DNA of 64,000 nt from Octopus vulgaris (GCA_951406725.2 OX597819.1:119102001-119166000), one strand, 5' to 3'; shown: positions 1-12,848, numbered from the stretch's first letter. Notes: generated by a model not told the origin, from the sequence alone. Numbers and translations are program-made.

Positions 1-46
1 CATGGCCGCAGTCAAATGACTGAAACAAGTAAAAGAGTAAAAGAGT
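1..46 (+). mobile_element. 3' tail of SINE family B
   Basis: catggccgcagtcaaatgactgaaacaagtaaaagagtaaaagag matches the 3' end of the full copy at 49605-50021. Confidence 0.85.
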
Positions 47-267
47 ATTTGTATTTTCCATTTATACTGTAAAGATAATTCATTCCAAATCTAAATTTTA
101 ACGCTCATTATATTACAGGGAAGAGTAATATGTGGATACCATTTCAATCATTTATCGGTGTCATTCACCGATGATGGCTTCAGCCAATCAAATTGCTCCC
201 GGTACATTTTTTGTTTAAGTGTGCTACTTCTGTCATCGGTCCTTATTGTTGAACCATTTATTTATGA

Positions 268-496
268 CAGCCGAGCTGGTAGAAACGTTAGCGCGCCAGG
301 CGAAATGCGTAGCCGTATTTCCTATGTCGTTACGTTCTGAGTTCAAATTCCGCCGAGGTAGATTTTGCCTTTCATCATTTCGGGGTCGATAAATAAAGTA
401 CCAGTTTCGCACTGGTCCGATATAATCCACTTAATCTCTTTGTCTGTACTTGTTTGTCCTCTCTATGTTTTCCCCCTAGTGGGCAGTAAAGAAATA
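268..496 (+). mobile_element. tRNA-derived SINE family A, near full length
   Basis: Head gagctggtagaaacgttagc, B-box-like gagttcaaattcc, core gccgaggtagattttgcctttcatc, tail aaagaaata; many homologues in the window. Confidence 0.85.
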
Positions 497-550
497 TATT
501 TATAACGGCTTAAACGAGCCAATACGTGTTGTCACGCGTTAGGATAACAC

Positions 551-581
<31 letters not shown>

Positions 582-732
582 TGTATGTATGTATGTATGT
601 ATGTATGTATGTATGTATGTATGTATGTATGTATGTATGTATGCATGCATGCATGCATGCATGCATGTATGTATGCATGCATGCATGCATGTATGTATGT
701 ATGTATGTATGCATGCATGTATGTATGTATGT
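551..732. repeat. (TATG)n/(TGCA)n compound microsatellite
   Basis: Direct reading; source of the MYVC/HTYI pseudo-ORFs. Confidence 0.97.
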
Positions 733-1649
733 ACGTGCGTGTCTACTTGCGAAGGACTTCGGCACAATTTCTATTCAAAAACTTCACTCAAGTAATTAAT
801 CGGCTTGGAGCGATATTTATTGTCACCAAATTGCCGAGCGCTGGGGGCCGAGCTCAAAATCAAGCGGTTACCTAGTGAAGATTACTCGATAAGAATACGT
901 TATCCCATATACTTTTTAATGCTGCATATTGAAAGCTTCTGTGACCTTTCTTAAATCGATTGTGAATGGATACAACACTACTTTTACAACGTAGTATAAC
1001 CCTTATTATCATACGTTAAGAAATACCCAGTCATTGACAAACGTGTCAAAACTAGCAACATTTGATTAGATGAAACTTTACTTTTATGATAACAAACTAC
1101 AACATGCAGTCAGTTCATTATTGATAAAAAATAATCAAGAACGCAATAAAAGTAGATTTAACAAAAGACTGATTGATGGAATATTTTTTCTGTATATAAC
1201 AAGAATTGAATAGTCGAAAGATAATTACGTCTTTTAATCTCAAACACAGATATCAGAAATGTAATGCAGTTTGATGTTTAAAAATGGTGAAAAGAATCAA
1301 AAACAAAATGTCCATCATCAAAGTAATTAAAACCGTATTTTCTGTATCTTTTTTCTTCAAATTGAATATGCAACTGCAAAATTCTAAAAGTATGTTGATA
1401 AATCAGCGCTACTAGACTGTGTAAAACAAAATGAAAGCAGATATCATCAGATGTAAAACATTTTAAGAATATAAATGCAAGTGTAACTCTACAAAAAGAA
1501 TTACACTGATATACGTTATGCGTGGAAAATCTCTAGATAAAGTATAATGAACGACAAGAATATACAATCAAATGAAAATATACATGGAAATATATAGATA
1601 ACATTGGTATATACTTAGCTGCAAATGAACTGGAATAAACTTGAAATAT

Positions 1650-1785
1650 GGCCATCCTTCTCAACCACATGTTTTCGGGTTCAATCCTACTGCGTGGCAA
1701 CTTTGAGACGTGTTTACTATTATAGCCCCAGGATGACCAAAGCCCTGTGAATAGATTCGGTAGATGGTAACTGAAATAAGCCAAA
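1650..1785 (+). mobile_element. SINE family B, decayed 5' half
   Basis: aaccacatgttttcgggttcaatcctactgcgtggcaactttgag...gaccaaagccctgtgaatagattcggtagatgg aligns to 49650-49775. Confidence 0.7.
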
Positions 1786-1787
1786 CC

Positions 1788-1836
<49 letters not shown>

Positions 1837-1949
1837 ACTATATAGAAGGAGCTATAAATTACTGTGGTTAACCCCGACTCAACCCAGGACCTACATATAT
1901 ATATATATATATATACGAAAGATTGATGGGCAAAGAAAACCTCTATAGA

Positions 1950-2830
1950 AATTGAACCCGAAACGTAAAGACAAGCGAAATATTACTCACCATTTTGCCC
2001 GGCGTGCTAACAATTCAACCAGCTTGCCGCGTTAATAAGTAAAAGGCCTGAAATATGTGGGAGGGGCATAGACAATTACATCGAACCCAGTTCGTAAATG
2101 CTACTTATTTAATCCACTCCTGAGTGTGAAAGGCGAAGTCGACCTCGGCGGAATTTGAAATCAGAACGTAGCGGCATACGAAATACCTATTTCTTTAATA
2201 CCCACAAGGGGCTACACACAGAGAGGACAGACAAGGACAGAAAAACCGATTAAGTCGATTATATCGACCCCAGTGCGTAACTGGTACTTAATTAATCGGC
2301 CCCGACAGGATGAAAGGCAAAGTCGACCTCGGTGGAATTTGAACTCAGAACATAACGGCAGACAAAGTACGGCTACGCATTTCGCCCGGCGTGCTAACGT
2401 TTCTGCCAGGTCTCTGCCTTAATTATTTAAGCCGATTATATCTACCGCAGTGCGTAACTGGTACTTATTTAATCAACCCCCAAAGGAAGAAAAGGCAAAG
2501 TCGACCTCCACGGAATTTGAACTCAGAATATAACGGCAAACGAAATACGGCTATCCATTTCGCCCTGCGTGCTAACGATTCCGGCAGCCAGCCTCGTTTG
2601 CAATATGCATGGTAATGCTTTCTGCTATATGTTCAATGTCGGAATTTTTGAGGGATGAGACCAGCCGATTACATTGACCCCAGAATTTCACTGGTACGTA
2701 ATTTATCGACACCGAAAAGATGAAATGCGAAGTTGACCTCGGTGGAATGTGAACACAGAACGTAGCGACGGATGAAATACTGCTAAGCATTTCGTCCAGC
2801 GTGCTAACTACTCTGCCAGCTCGTTACCTC
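1950..2830 (-). mobile_element. Head-to-tail/nested array of about 5 SINE family A copies
   Basis: Repeated aaggcaaagtcgacctcggcggaatttgaactcagaacgta blocks near 2130, 2315, 2495, 2725. Confidence 0.85.
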
Positions 2831-3316
2831 AGCGTGCTAATAATATGTGCAAATTAATAACAATCTAGATTCTTGTTCCGAAGAAATTCGGACTGAATCA
2901 TATTATATCATATAAAACGAAATTAGATTAAGAGTTGAAACAAAATTTAGTGTTTCTTTAAGAATTTCACTAGGTTGAGCAACGCATTTAGTTTCAGATA
3001 ATCAAGCCTTTTATCTTATTTTTAATGTGAAATCTTTCCTCAACTGTATCCATTTGATATGGAAATATGTATCATAGCTGGTTGTTGACAAATATTTCCG
3101 CTTTTTAATCGTAATCTACGCAGAGTTTCTGCTGTTGTAACGGCAACACTGCGTTCGGAAAAGTAAAAAAAAAACATATTATTATTCTTATTTGTATCAT
3201 GCAATACGCATTTCGACGCTTCTATTAAAAGCATGTATTTGTTTGTTACATTAATACACACATGTTTGATATAGACACTCACAAACACAGATATATATAT
3301 ATATATATATATATAT

Positions 3317-4389
3317 CGTTACGTAAACGAGTCTCCCGTTACGTAAACGAGTCTCCCGTTACGTAAACGAGTAACGGTGCATAAAGAACAAATAAATCTC
3401 CCGGAATACCGACAAATTCCACTGAGTGACCACTTAGACTCATGTGCTAAAGACTTAAACCCCAAATTCTATATATTCCCCTTCTACCAATGTAAAGACG
3501 GGATCACCACACAGGAGAGAATTAACAAGGAGAATCTCTTTATTGAAAAATTCCAAACACAACTTAATATGCAAACTCCTCGTTGATCAAACTTCCTTTC
3601 TCTACCTCACTCTTCATGGATGGACTAACACAAATATATAAAGATACCATGCATTCATCACTTCAAGCTAAAACTTATATTCTTTAAATATCATTTTTAC
3701 TATTGTTGTTATTACTATCATTTTTATTATAAATGATATGACAATTTGAAATGCAATTGTCTATGCAGATTTATATAATTAGAAAATAATATAAATAAAG
3801 TGTTAAAATCTGAAAGTTAAGTTAACAAGCAATTATATAAAAAAGATAACGCAAATGAAGCTAAAATGATAATTTTATAATTTGGGTTTTATTGAAGAAC
3901 TCAAAAGAGTTGTCTCCCCTTACTCACAACACAGGAACTGAAGAACCAGGACCACAATTACTACTACTTCCTGTCCTGCAAACATGCTGAATTTAACAAC
4001 ACAACACATGCTCTTAATCCCTTTGGATCTTAACACCTCAAGGTAATTTTTTCGTAAACAACCATAAAACTCAAGATACACAACGAACTCACAATGTATC
4101 GGAGAACTTATTTTTTAATTTTTGTACATTTTTATCATTATTCTTTTACAAAAAACAATGCAATTTTCTTTTTTCCCCTTTCTAATTTTAAAAAAAACTT
4201 TTTAAAACATAAATATTCTTGACAAGTCATACAATGACGAAAACCGGTTGAATAGATATATATTTATATATTTTATCAATTTCTCATTTTATTAAAATTT
4301 TCCTTCATTTGAGCATTCTGCATTTAAAAAAAATTGTTCCTTACTTATCATTTCTCCACGTGCGGTCAACACAACCCCACCATTTATTG

Positions 4390-4390
<1 letters not shown>
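3317..4390 (+). mobile_element. 5'-truncated Penelope-like element (GIY-YIG C-terminus plus 3' pseudo-LTR) inserted in (TA)n
   Basis: Frame reads LRKRVTVHKEQINLPEYRQIPLSDHLDSCAK...FYIFPFY...ERINKENLFIEKFQTQLN* (to 3586), typical of the PLE GIY-YIG end; a degenerate HHR lies at 4214-4254; (TA)n on both sides. Confidence 0.75.
4214..4254 (+). ncRNA. Degenerate minimal hammerhead ribozyme motif
   Basis: tattc-TTGACAA-gtcat aca atgac-GAAAA-ccgg-TT-gaata: helices I and II pair, core mutated. Confidence 0.5.
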
Positions 4391-4424
<34 letters not shown>

Positions 4425-4465
4425 TATTGAATATACACATTATATATATATATATATATGTATAT

Positions 4466-5065
4466 ACGAAAGAAGGTTTGAAAATGCAATTTAAAAGATG
4501 TTTATTTACTTAACCGGTTTCACTCTTTGGAAAAAGATCGTCAAAAGTAACATAGATTATTATGAATTCAAAAATGTTTTTTACACAATTGCCACATTAC
4601 ATGTATATATATATAGTCTTTGGTAACAGGGACATGTTAAGGACATAAAGAAGTTCAACAGTGTGGTGAGAATATTTGTAAAAAATGGGCAGAAAAGAAT
4701 AAAACAAATATATTATTGGAAGTTTGGTTGCGTTAATTATTGGTTGTTGCAAATTGCCACATTACATGTATATATACAGTCTTTGGTAAAAAGGACATGT
4801 TAAGGACATAAGGAAGTACAACAGTATGATGAGAATATTTGAAAAATTGTCAGAAAAGATTAAAATGAATATATTATACATCTCAGGGTCAGTACAGAAT
4901 ATTATGAATTCAAGGCGAGTTTGTTTACTGACCTGTCCGTTTTAGCAGGAATGTTGAATTGAGAAAGATGTACCCGTTTTTTTCTGTTTATGGCTTTCCT
5001 TCAAGCATCAATGATTTTGTGGTTAGGATGAGGTTATTTCTTCGACTAACACCCATTGAAGCGGT
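4466..5065 (-). mobile_element. PLE 3' remnant with internal ~165-bp direct repeat (4587-4720 / 4752-4878)
   Basis: HHR motif at 4506-4550; the distal end (gaaaccgg..aagt.aataaac.tcttt..tgcattttcaaa) is homologous to the end of the RT-bearing PLE at 55202-55290. Confidence 0.6.
4506..4550 (-). ncRNA. Minimal hammerhead ribozyme motif, U3 variant
   Basis: Minus strand: ttactt-TTGACGA-tcttt ttcc aaaga gt-GAAA-ccgg-TT-aagtaa. Confidence 0.6.
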
Positions 5066-5179
5066 GCTCCGGTATGCTGCAGTCAAATCACTGAAAGAAC
5101 GAAAGCAAAGCCTAACAGAAAATAGAGAATACAGACACTCACACACACACACACACACACATGTATATATATATATATT

Positions 5180-5375
5180 CTCTTACTTGTTTCAGTCACT
5201 TGACTGCGGTTATGCTGGAACACCATGTCCTTGAACTAAATCGACCCCAGGGCTTACTCTTTCTAATTCTAGTAATTATATGGATTTATTTTGCCGAGCC
5301 GCCAAGTTACGGTTATCTAAAGACATCGGTTATCAACCGATGGTGTGTGGAGACACACGAAAACATATATACATG
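5180..5375 (-). mobile_element. SINE family B, decayed 3' half
   Basis: ttacttgtttcagtcacttgactgcgg...tcgaccccagggcttactct...gccgagccgccaagttac. Confidence 0.75.
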
Positions 5376-5376
5376 C

Positions 5377-5421
<45 letters not shown>

Positions 5422-5719
5422 TATATTAAATTAGAGATAAAACCACTATTAGGCAAATCAAACAGTGAAAACATAACCCAATACATAAAATGAATTTAAA
5501 AATATAAAAGGTAAAAATAAAAATTATTTAAATAATTAAACTTATAAATTTAATATATATATATATACAAATATATATATATATATGTATGTATGTATAT
5601 TTTTATATTTATATATATATTATTTTATTATTAATTACTTAATTAATTAATAATTTTTTAATATCAAAAGTATTAAAAGTTTAATAAAAGATAAAGAGTA
5701 TATATATATATGTATATAT

Positions 5720-5925
5720 ATCATTCGCCATGGTAGATCGCTAACAACTACACCTTTTCTATTTTCTCTCACTGTGTATTTGATGTTCCTTTCTGTCGAA
5801 AATCGTAGGCTAGAAGGTTAGAAACGTAAAGGACTTTCTCACTTCCGGAGCGTTAAACTAATACATACGTTTGTTGTTTACACACCCAGCTTCATGTTTT
5901 GTTCGTTTTGTAAATTCTGACACTG
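5720..5925 (+). mobile_element. Short HHR-like element (same family as 43107-43250 and 43755-43900)
   Basis: cctttctgtcgaa..cgtaggct..gaaacgtaaaggactttctc..gagcgttaaactaatacat matches the reverse complement of 43110-43195. Confidence 0.6.
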
Positions 5926-5942
5926 TCTCTCACTCACCTTCC

Positions 5943-6034
<92 letters not shown>

Positions 6035-6035
6035 A

Positions 6036-6385
6036 ATAAGAAAATGGAGAAACAAATTTAGTTTGTCCATCAACTTTCAGATATTAGAATGTTAACTTAT
6101 TTATTTATTTAACAAAAATCTGAACCTTAAAAGCATACATATATACATTATAATTCAATACATATAAGATAAGAATACAAATTATAAAAATCATAATAAA
6201 TTATTGAAATTATTATAATCATTTATTATGATTTTTATAATTTGTGTTCTTATCTTATATGTATTGAATTATAAGATATATATGTATGCTATTAAGGTTC
6301 TCATTTTGTCAAATGAATAAATAATACAACATTATAATATTTGAAAGTTGATGAACAAACTAAATGTGTTTCTCCATTTTCCTAT
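6036..6385. repeat. ~350-bp imperfect palindrome (foldback) between microsatellites
   Basis: gaaaatggagaaacaaatttagtttgtccatcaactttca... pairs with ...tgaaagttgatgaacaaactaaatgtgtttctccattttc; centre near 6210. Confidence 0.85.
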
Positions 6386-6402
6386 GCATACATACACACA
6401 CG

Positions 6403-6441
<39 letters not shown>

Positions 6442-6495
6442 CATATATATATACTTATATATGCACACACATATATATGCATATAGATAGAACGG

Positions 6496-6516
6496 TAGAT
6501 AGATAGATAGACAAAC

Positions 6517-6594
<78 letters not shown>

Positions 6595-6604
6595 GTAGAC
6601 AGGT
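6496..6604. repeat. (GATA)n microsatellite
   Basis: Direct reading. Confidence 0.95.
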
Positions 6605-6954
6605 ATGATCTAAGGAAGAATATGTAGAAAGTTAGTGAGCTTCAAGCAAACCGCAGAACATATACTAAGCACTATTTAGGAAAAATAGTGGTTTATAGGA
6701 ATAAGAGAATGTTGATTCTTCCCGCAACATTAACACGGTACGATGAACCAAAGAAAGTTAATTTTATAGTTCAAAATTAGAAACAGGGTTTGTTATATAT
6801 GTGAATAAATAACCAAAATAACCTCCATGCTACTATACTTGATAGTAAGCTGAACCTCTGAAGCAGAAAATTATCCAATCTTGGAGTAGACGGCAAACTA
6901 CACTTCAGGTCAAGTTAGCCTTGTTTATATGAAGTTTAAATTGTCGGAACGGCA

Positions 6955-6988
<34 letters not shown>

Positions 6989-7339
6989 CCAAACACACAC
7001 ACTAACTAAACATAGACGCACATAGAGATATATGCATACACAAATGAACACATACAATAGAAATACAAAATGGCTGATCGTTATTAAGGAGACACACACA
7101 AGTAAGAGAGAAGAAAGCAAAGGACCACTGATGCGGTCACAGGAGTATGATGAAAGAACTCTCGCCGAAATAAGATTAAGATTAATGTAAAAAGTAAATA
7201 GCGCTGAAGCAAAGCAATACCAAATATATGGTGCGTGTGTTTTTATTGGCTAAACTGTCAAAATGACCATTCCAAAATACAATATCTGTTTCAACACATG
7301 ATTTCACTTCAAAAATCTTGCAAAACAAATATATAAACG

Positions 7340-7435
<96 letters not shown>

Positions 7436-7544
7436 TATATATATATATTTAAGTGCTATGGACAGACTATAGTTAAGCTCCAGGTTCGGTGATTATGCGA
7501 AAGGGAAGTCCATCGTAGGTCATATACTAGCATGCATATAAACA

Positions 7545-7873
7545 AAAGATTGGCAGAATGCGATAAAAATTCAAGTGTTTGAAAGATATCAGAACATTTA
7601 TTAAGAGGTCATATTGCTGTTTCCGGGATATTTTATATAACACTTTAGCGGAGACGGTTCGAGAAAATTGTTCAGCAATAGTTCTTCTAGATAAGCCTTT
7701 TCATTCCCCCACTTCACTCTCTATTTTATATCCCTAGAATAACTATCGCTTAACCGTTTTTCTCGCACATTGTCCGAAGTAAGGATATAAAAATATTCCG
7801 GAAACAGCTGTAACACCTTTTTTATGAATGTTTTGAAATCTTTCACAGCCTTGGATTTTTATCTCATTCTGTC

Positions 7874-7880
<7 letters not shown>
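7545..7880. mobile_element. Inverted pair of PLE-type ends (foldback), each with a decayed HHR motif
   Basis: Arms 7545-7690 and 7735-7880 are reverse complements; GAAAC-agct-GTA at 7801-7812; homologous to 44735-44860. Confidence 0.65.
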
Positions 7881-7913
<33 letters not shown>

Positions 7914-7919
7914 ATATAT

Positions 7920-8078
7920 ACCATCGTTTAATGTCCGCTTTCCATGCTAGCAGGGGTTGGACGATTTGACTGAGGTCTAGCGAACCAAATGGCTGTACCA
8001 GACTCCACTCCGAACTGGCAGAGTTTCTACAGTTGGATGCCCTTCCTAACGCCAACCACTCCGAGAGTGTAGTGGGTG

Positions 8079-8080
<2 letters not shown>
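7920..8080 (-). mobile_element. RTE-related SINE/LINE 3' fragment
   Basis: Minus strand ggttggcgttaggaagggcatcc..gtagaaac and tail gctagcatggaaagcggacattaaacgatg resemble RTE-tailed SINEs (recalled similarity). Confidence 0.5.
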
Positions 8081-8124
<44 letters not shown>

Positions 8125-8968
8125 CTCCCATTTTCCTCGTTTAAATGTGAACGTGGAAGCTTACTTTAAATAAGTGATTTTAAATCTGCCTGTGGAAAAT
8201 AGCAAGTGAAGATCTTGCGCATGTAGTCTGAAGTACATTCGTTTGCAATGAATAGACACAGAGGTTTCGCTCATATAAAATGTAACTAACATAACGTTAA
8301 ATTACTTGGATACGAAACATAAATCTTGTACAGAATCAGAAGTTCAAGCCATGTCGTCTTGTTATTTCAATTACCAACAATTGGAAATAGAAGAGCATAA
8401 ACTTTTCCATTATGCTAACAATATAAGAGGAACTGAAAATATGCTCCGTGGGTTCGCCAAACCTAATGGGATTTAAAAAGAAATTCTTATGTATTTATGC
8501 AGATTACAACTATTTGTGGAGAAGATATTGATGTTAAATCGGTTTATCTGTAAATACCAAAATAGAATTTAATTTACGGATGTTCTAAGTACGGAAACCT
8601 TGTGATATTTTATGGTAATACTTGTGAAGTATTAAAGCTGTGTCACATACACCTGCTAGAAGTCCCTAGTAAATATTAAGAAAGTAGAAGCATATAAATT
8701 TGGAAATGGCAAATGCTTTGTGATTTGTATAACCTTGCATGTGAGGTTTAAAATACGTTAAGTGCAATTTATTTAGTTACGGAAAACGGACGGAGATAGA
8801 TTGACAGATACATACATACATGCTTATATATATATAAATATATATATAACCGTCGCAGTAAAAGCATATACATATACAACTACACACATATACGTATACA
8901 TATAATATACATATGTGTATATATACATATACATAAATAACTACATATGCATATGCATGTAAATAACG

Positions 8969-9013
<45 letters not shown>

Positions 9014-9025
9014 GTGTATATTCAA

Positions 9026-9079
<54 letters not shown>

Positions 9080-9212
9080 TAATACTAAGTAATTAAGGGT
9101 TTAGCAACGAATTGCCTCACCAACACACCGAATTTAGAAATAGCAGTCAAAGAGATATAGCTATTCCTTCTACTAAAAGGGGGATCTCAGTAAAAACACA
9201 GCACTTGAAAGG

Positions 9213-9312
9213 NNNNNNNNNNNNNNNNNNNNNNNNNNNNNNNNNNNNNNNNNNNNNNNNNNNNNNNNNNNNNNNNNNNNNNNNNNNNNNNNNNNNNNNN
9301 NNNNNNNNNNNN
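9213..9312. other. Assembly gap (100 N)
   Basis: Run of n. Confidence 1.
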
Positions 9313-9464
9313 AAACAAAATGAAGACAAATATCCATCGAATATAAATAATATAAAGAATGGTAGATGCCATTTGAATGTTTGAAGTTGGTCGATTTTAG
9401 AAAGGATATTACTACGAAATTGAAAGTATCTTATGTTAGTACAACACGAGTATATTTTCAACAT

Positions 9465-10250
9465 TTTATCTTTCCTACTCTAGGGAGGTGGAGGGGGCAG
9501 TCGACTAGATCAACCCCAGTAAGCAATTAGTACTTAATTGATCGACACCGAAAGGATGAAAGGCAAAGTCGACGTCGGCGGAATTTGAACTCAGGACGTA
9601 AAGACAGGCGAAATATCGCAAGCATTTCCCCCGGCATTCCAGGTCACCGGCTTATATTTTTTCTTTATTGCCCACCAGAGGCTAAACATAGAGGGGACAG
9701 AAAAGGAAAGACAAAGGTATTAAGTCGATTACATCGATCCCAGTGCGTAACTGGTACTTATTTAATCAACCCCCAGATGGATGAAAGTCAAAGTCGATAT
9801 CCTCGGAATTTGAACAACAGACGAAAAACCTATTTCTTTACTACCCACAATGGGCTAAACATAGAGGAGACAAACTAGGACAGACAAACGGTTTAAGCCG
9901 ATTATATCGACCCTAGTATGCAACTAGTACTTAATTTATCGACCCCGAAAGGACGAAAGGCAAAGCCGAACTCGGCGGAATTTGAATTTAGAACGTAGCG
10001 GCAGACGAAATACCTATTTCTTTACTACCCACAAGAGGCTACATACAGAGAGGACAAACAAGGACAGACAAACGGATTAAGTCGATTATATCGACATCAG
10101 TGTGGAACTGGTACTCATTTAATCGAACCCGAAAGGATAAAAGGCTAAGTCGAACTCGGCGGAATTTGAACTCGGAACGTAGCGCCAGACGAAATACGGC
10201 TACACATTTCGCCCGGCGTGCTAACGTTTCTGCCACTTCCCCGCCTTATA
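9465..10250 (-). mobile_element. Array of about 4-5 SINE family A copies
   Basis: Repeated gaaaggatgaaaggcaaagtcgac..ggcggaatttgaact blocks near 9550, 9780, 9950, 10130. Confidence 0.85.
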
Positions 10251-10724
10251 TTTCCGACTGCATTAAGTTAATGGAAGACAGAAGAATACTGTAATATCAG
10301 GACTCAATCATGTTTTGTTACGAAACCATAAACGAAAAGTCATTATAAATTCAGTTAGAAATGAACGATATGGAGCCAGGGAATACGTGTTAATGAGAGC
10401 ATAATAGACAAAATTCACAAGAGAGCGCTTTAAACTTTTAAGGGTGAAAGAATACAGAATTCCAGGCAAACGAGCGAATAATTTATAATAGAACGCGGTA
10501 GTACATGAGTGGAAATTCCAAACACGTGTATAATGCATCGACGGGTTTTGAGATTTTGATCTTATATGTAAATAGTAAGTCTATATATATTATTGTGAGA
10601 AATATAAGAGCTGGGTCTTGAATGGTTAAAACGTTCATAATTGAGAAATAATAGGGAAATAACGATAATTGTCGAGGATAGGAAAGATTCACTGTACTAT
10701 ATTCACCCGCACAAATTTCCCCAC

Positions 10725-11080
10725 AAGAAATATTCTTTTCTACTCTAGGCAAAAGATTTTTTTTCGTGGGGGTGGGGGGAGGCTTAGATGGACCCCCAGA
10801 ACGCGACTGGTATTTAATTTATCGAACCCGAAAGGATAAAAAGCAAAGTCGACCACGGAGGAATTTGAATTCAGAACGTAAAAACAGACGAAATATTCCA
10901 CACGGAAATATTTTATCTACTCTAGACACAAGGTCGGAAATATGGGACGAGGGCACAAGTCGATTACATCTAACCCAGTACGCAATTGGTACTTAATTTA
11001 TTGACCCTGAAAGGATGAAAGTTAAAGTCGACCTCGGAGGAATTTGAACTCAGTACGTAAAACAGACGAAATTCCGCTAA
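10725..11080 (-). mobile_element. Two SINE family A copies (alternative tail subtype)
   Basis: Core aaagtcgacc.cggaggaatttgaa at ~10845 and ~11025; tails tattcttttctactctagg. Confidence 0.75.
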
Positions 11081-11379
11081 TATGCATGTATGTATGTATG
11101 TATGTATGTATGTATGTATGTATGTACGTATATATGTAAAGCGCAATTGTACTAGAAGAGAAGTACGGAACGAATGTTAACCAGTAATAAGTTTGTGCCA
11201 AATTCACTTATTTATTTTTCTATGATTAACTCTTTTTTAGGCTTAAACTCTCCTTCCAGTTTTCTCAAAGTACACACTTCTATGCGGTAGTGCACAATCA
11301 CCGTAGCGTGTTGAATTCCTCCGACGAATTTCAGCACTTGACACATCACCCGATCAATTTTGAACTCTTATCTTTACTA

Positions 11380-11610
11380 CAGGCTTAGGAGTGGCTGTGT
11401 GGTAAGTAGCTCGCTTACGAACAACATGGTTCCGGGTTCAGTCCCACTGTGTGACACCTTGGGCAAGTGTCTTCTATGCATACATGTATGGACACTCACA
11501 CATTGTTTTTTATACACTTTTACTCTTTTACTTGTTTTAGTCATTTGACTGCGGGCATGCTGGAACACCGCCTTTACTCGAACAAATCGATGCCAGGACT
11601 TATTCTTTAG
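11380..11610. mobile_element. SINE family B fragments (head on +, tail on -)
   Basis: aggagtggctgtgtggtaagtagc...ccttgggcaagtgtcttcta; then ttactcttttacttgttttagtcatttgactgcgg. Confidence 0.75.
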
Positions 11611-11928
11611 ACGCCCAGTAGCGTCTGTGAGTGTTTATTGAGCGAAAACACGTTAAAGCTCCACGAGGCTCCGGCAGGGGATGATGGTGATCCCTACTGT
11701 ACTCTTTCACCACAATTTTCTCTCACTCTTGCTTCCTGTTTCCGTTGTACCTGTATTTCAAAGGGCCGGCCTTGTCACTCTCTTTGTCACGCTGAATATC
11801 CGCGAGAACTACGTTAAGAGTACACGTGTCTGTGGAGTGCTCAGCCACTTACACGTTAATTTCACGAGCAGGCTGTTCCGTTGATTCGGATCAACCGGAA
11901 CCCTCATCGTCGTAACCGACGGAGTGCT
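11611..11928 (+). mobile_element. SINE family C, tail type 1 (head truncated)
   Basis: Core tgtttattgagcgaaaacac..aaagctccacgaggctccggcagggg shared with 37539-37943 and 44909-45197. Confidence 0.8.
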
Positions 11929-11951
11929 TCTATCAATGTGTGTGTGTATGA

Positions 11952-11987
<36 letters not shown>

Positions 11988-12239
11988 CTCTTTTGTCTTA
12001 ATAACGGTCAATCACACAGTAATTTCCCTTTGTTTAACGGTCATTTTCATACCATCTTTTCCGATGACCGGATAACTGAAAAGATGTCGGTTTGGATTTC
12101 CACCCCGGCTTCCGAGACTCGGAGTTTTATCACGGCTACCAAATAATTGTCACATATTACATTTACAGATACATTCCTCTATTTACATAATATCGAGGTG
12201 TCATTCATTCTTTTGCTGTCTTACCAATTCTATCAATAT

Positions 12240-12350
<111 letters not shown>

Positions 12351-12778
12351 CATAGATAGATAGATACGTACATACATACATACATATACATACATACATA
12401 CATACATACATACATACATACATACATAAATACATACGACTATAAATGTAAATAAACTACCATTTGCTTTCTTTCCTTAACAGAAATATTGGATAAGATA
12501 CCTATAGATAATGAAATTTAGGGTTCTTTGAAGAGTGGAATTGCTATGTCGATTGACTTAAATTCTGATAAATGATGCATTTATGTAATGAAAGAATAAC
12601 TATCATGCATAGTTAATATCTTGCATATTTTTTCTACTAGAAATGATAAAAAAATTAAGCTGACATTGCTGCGTTCCGAAATTATCGACTATAATTAACA
12701 TTTTCTTATACAAAACTACGTCGTTTCAGGATTCTATTAAGGCAGTATTTCTAAAGCTAAAGGTCATGATGATGAAAC

Positions 12779-12848
<70 letters not shown>

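Noticed and set aside
1950-2830. Regularly spaced repeats superficially like a CRISPR array
   Set aside because: Units are ~200-bp SINE copies without unique spacers; eukaryotic context, no cas genes
12055-12130. CCGATGA...GAGAC-tcggagt hammerhead-like string
   Set aside because: Both core boxes mutated and no helix I pairing; at most a very decayed PLE end
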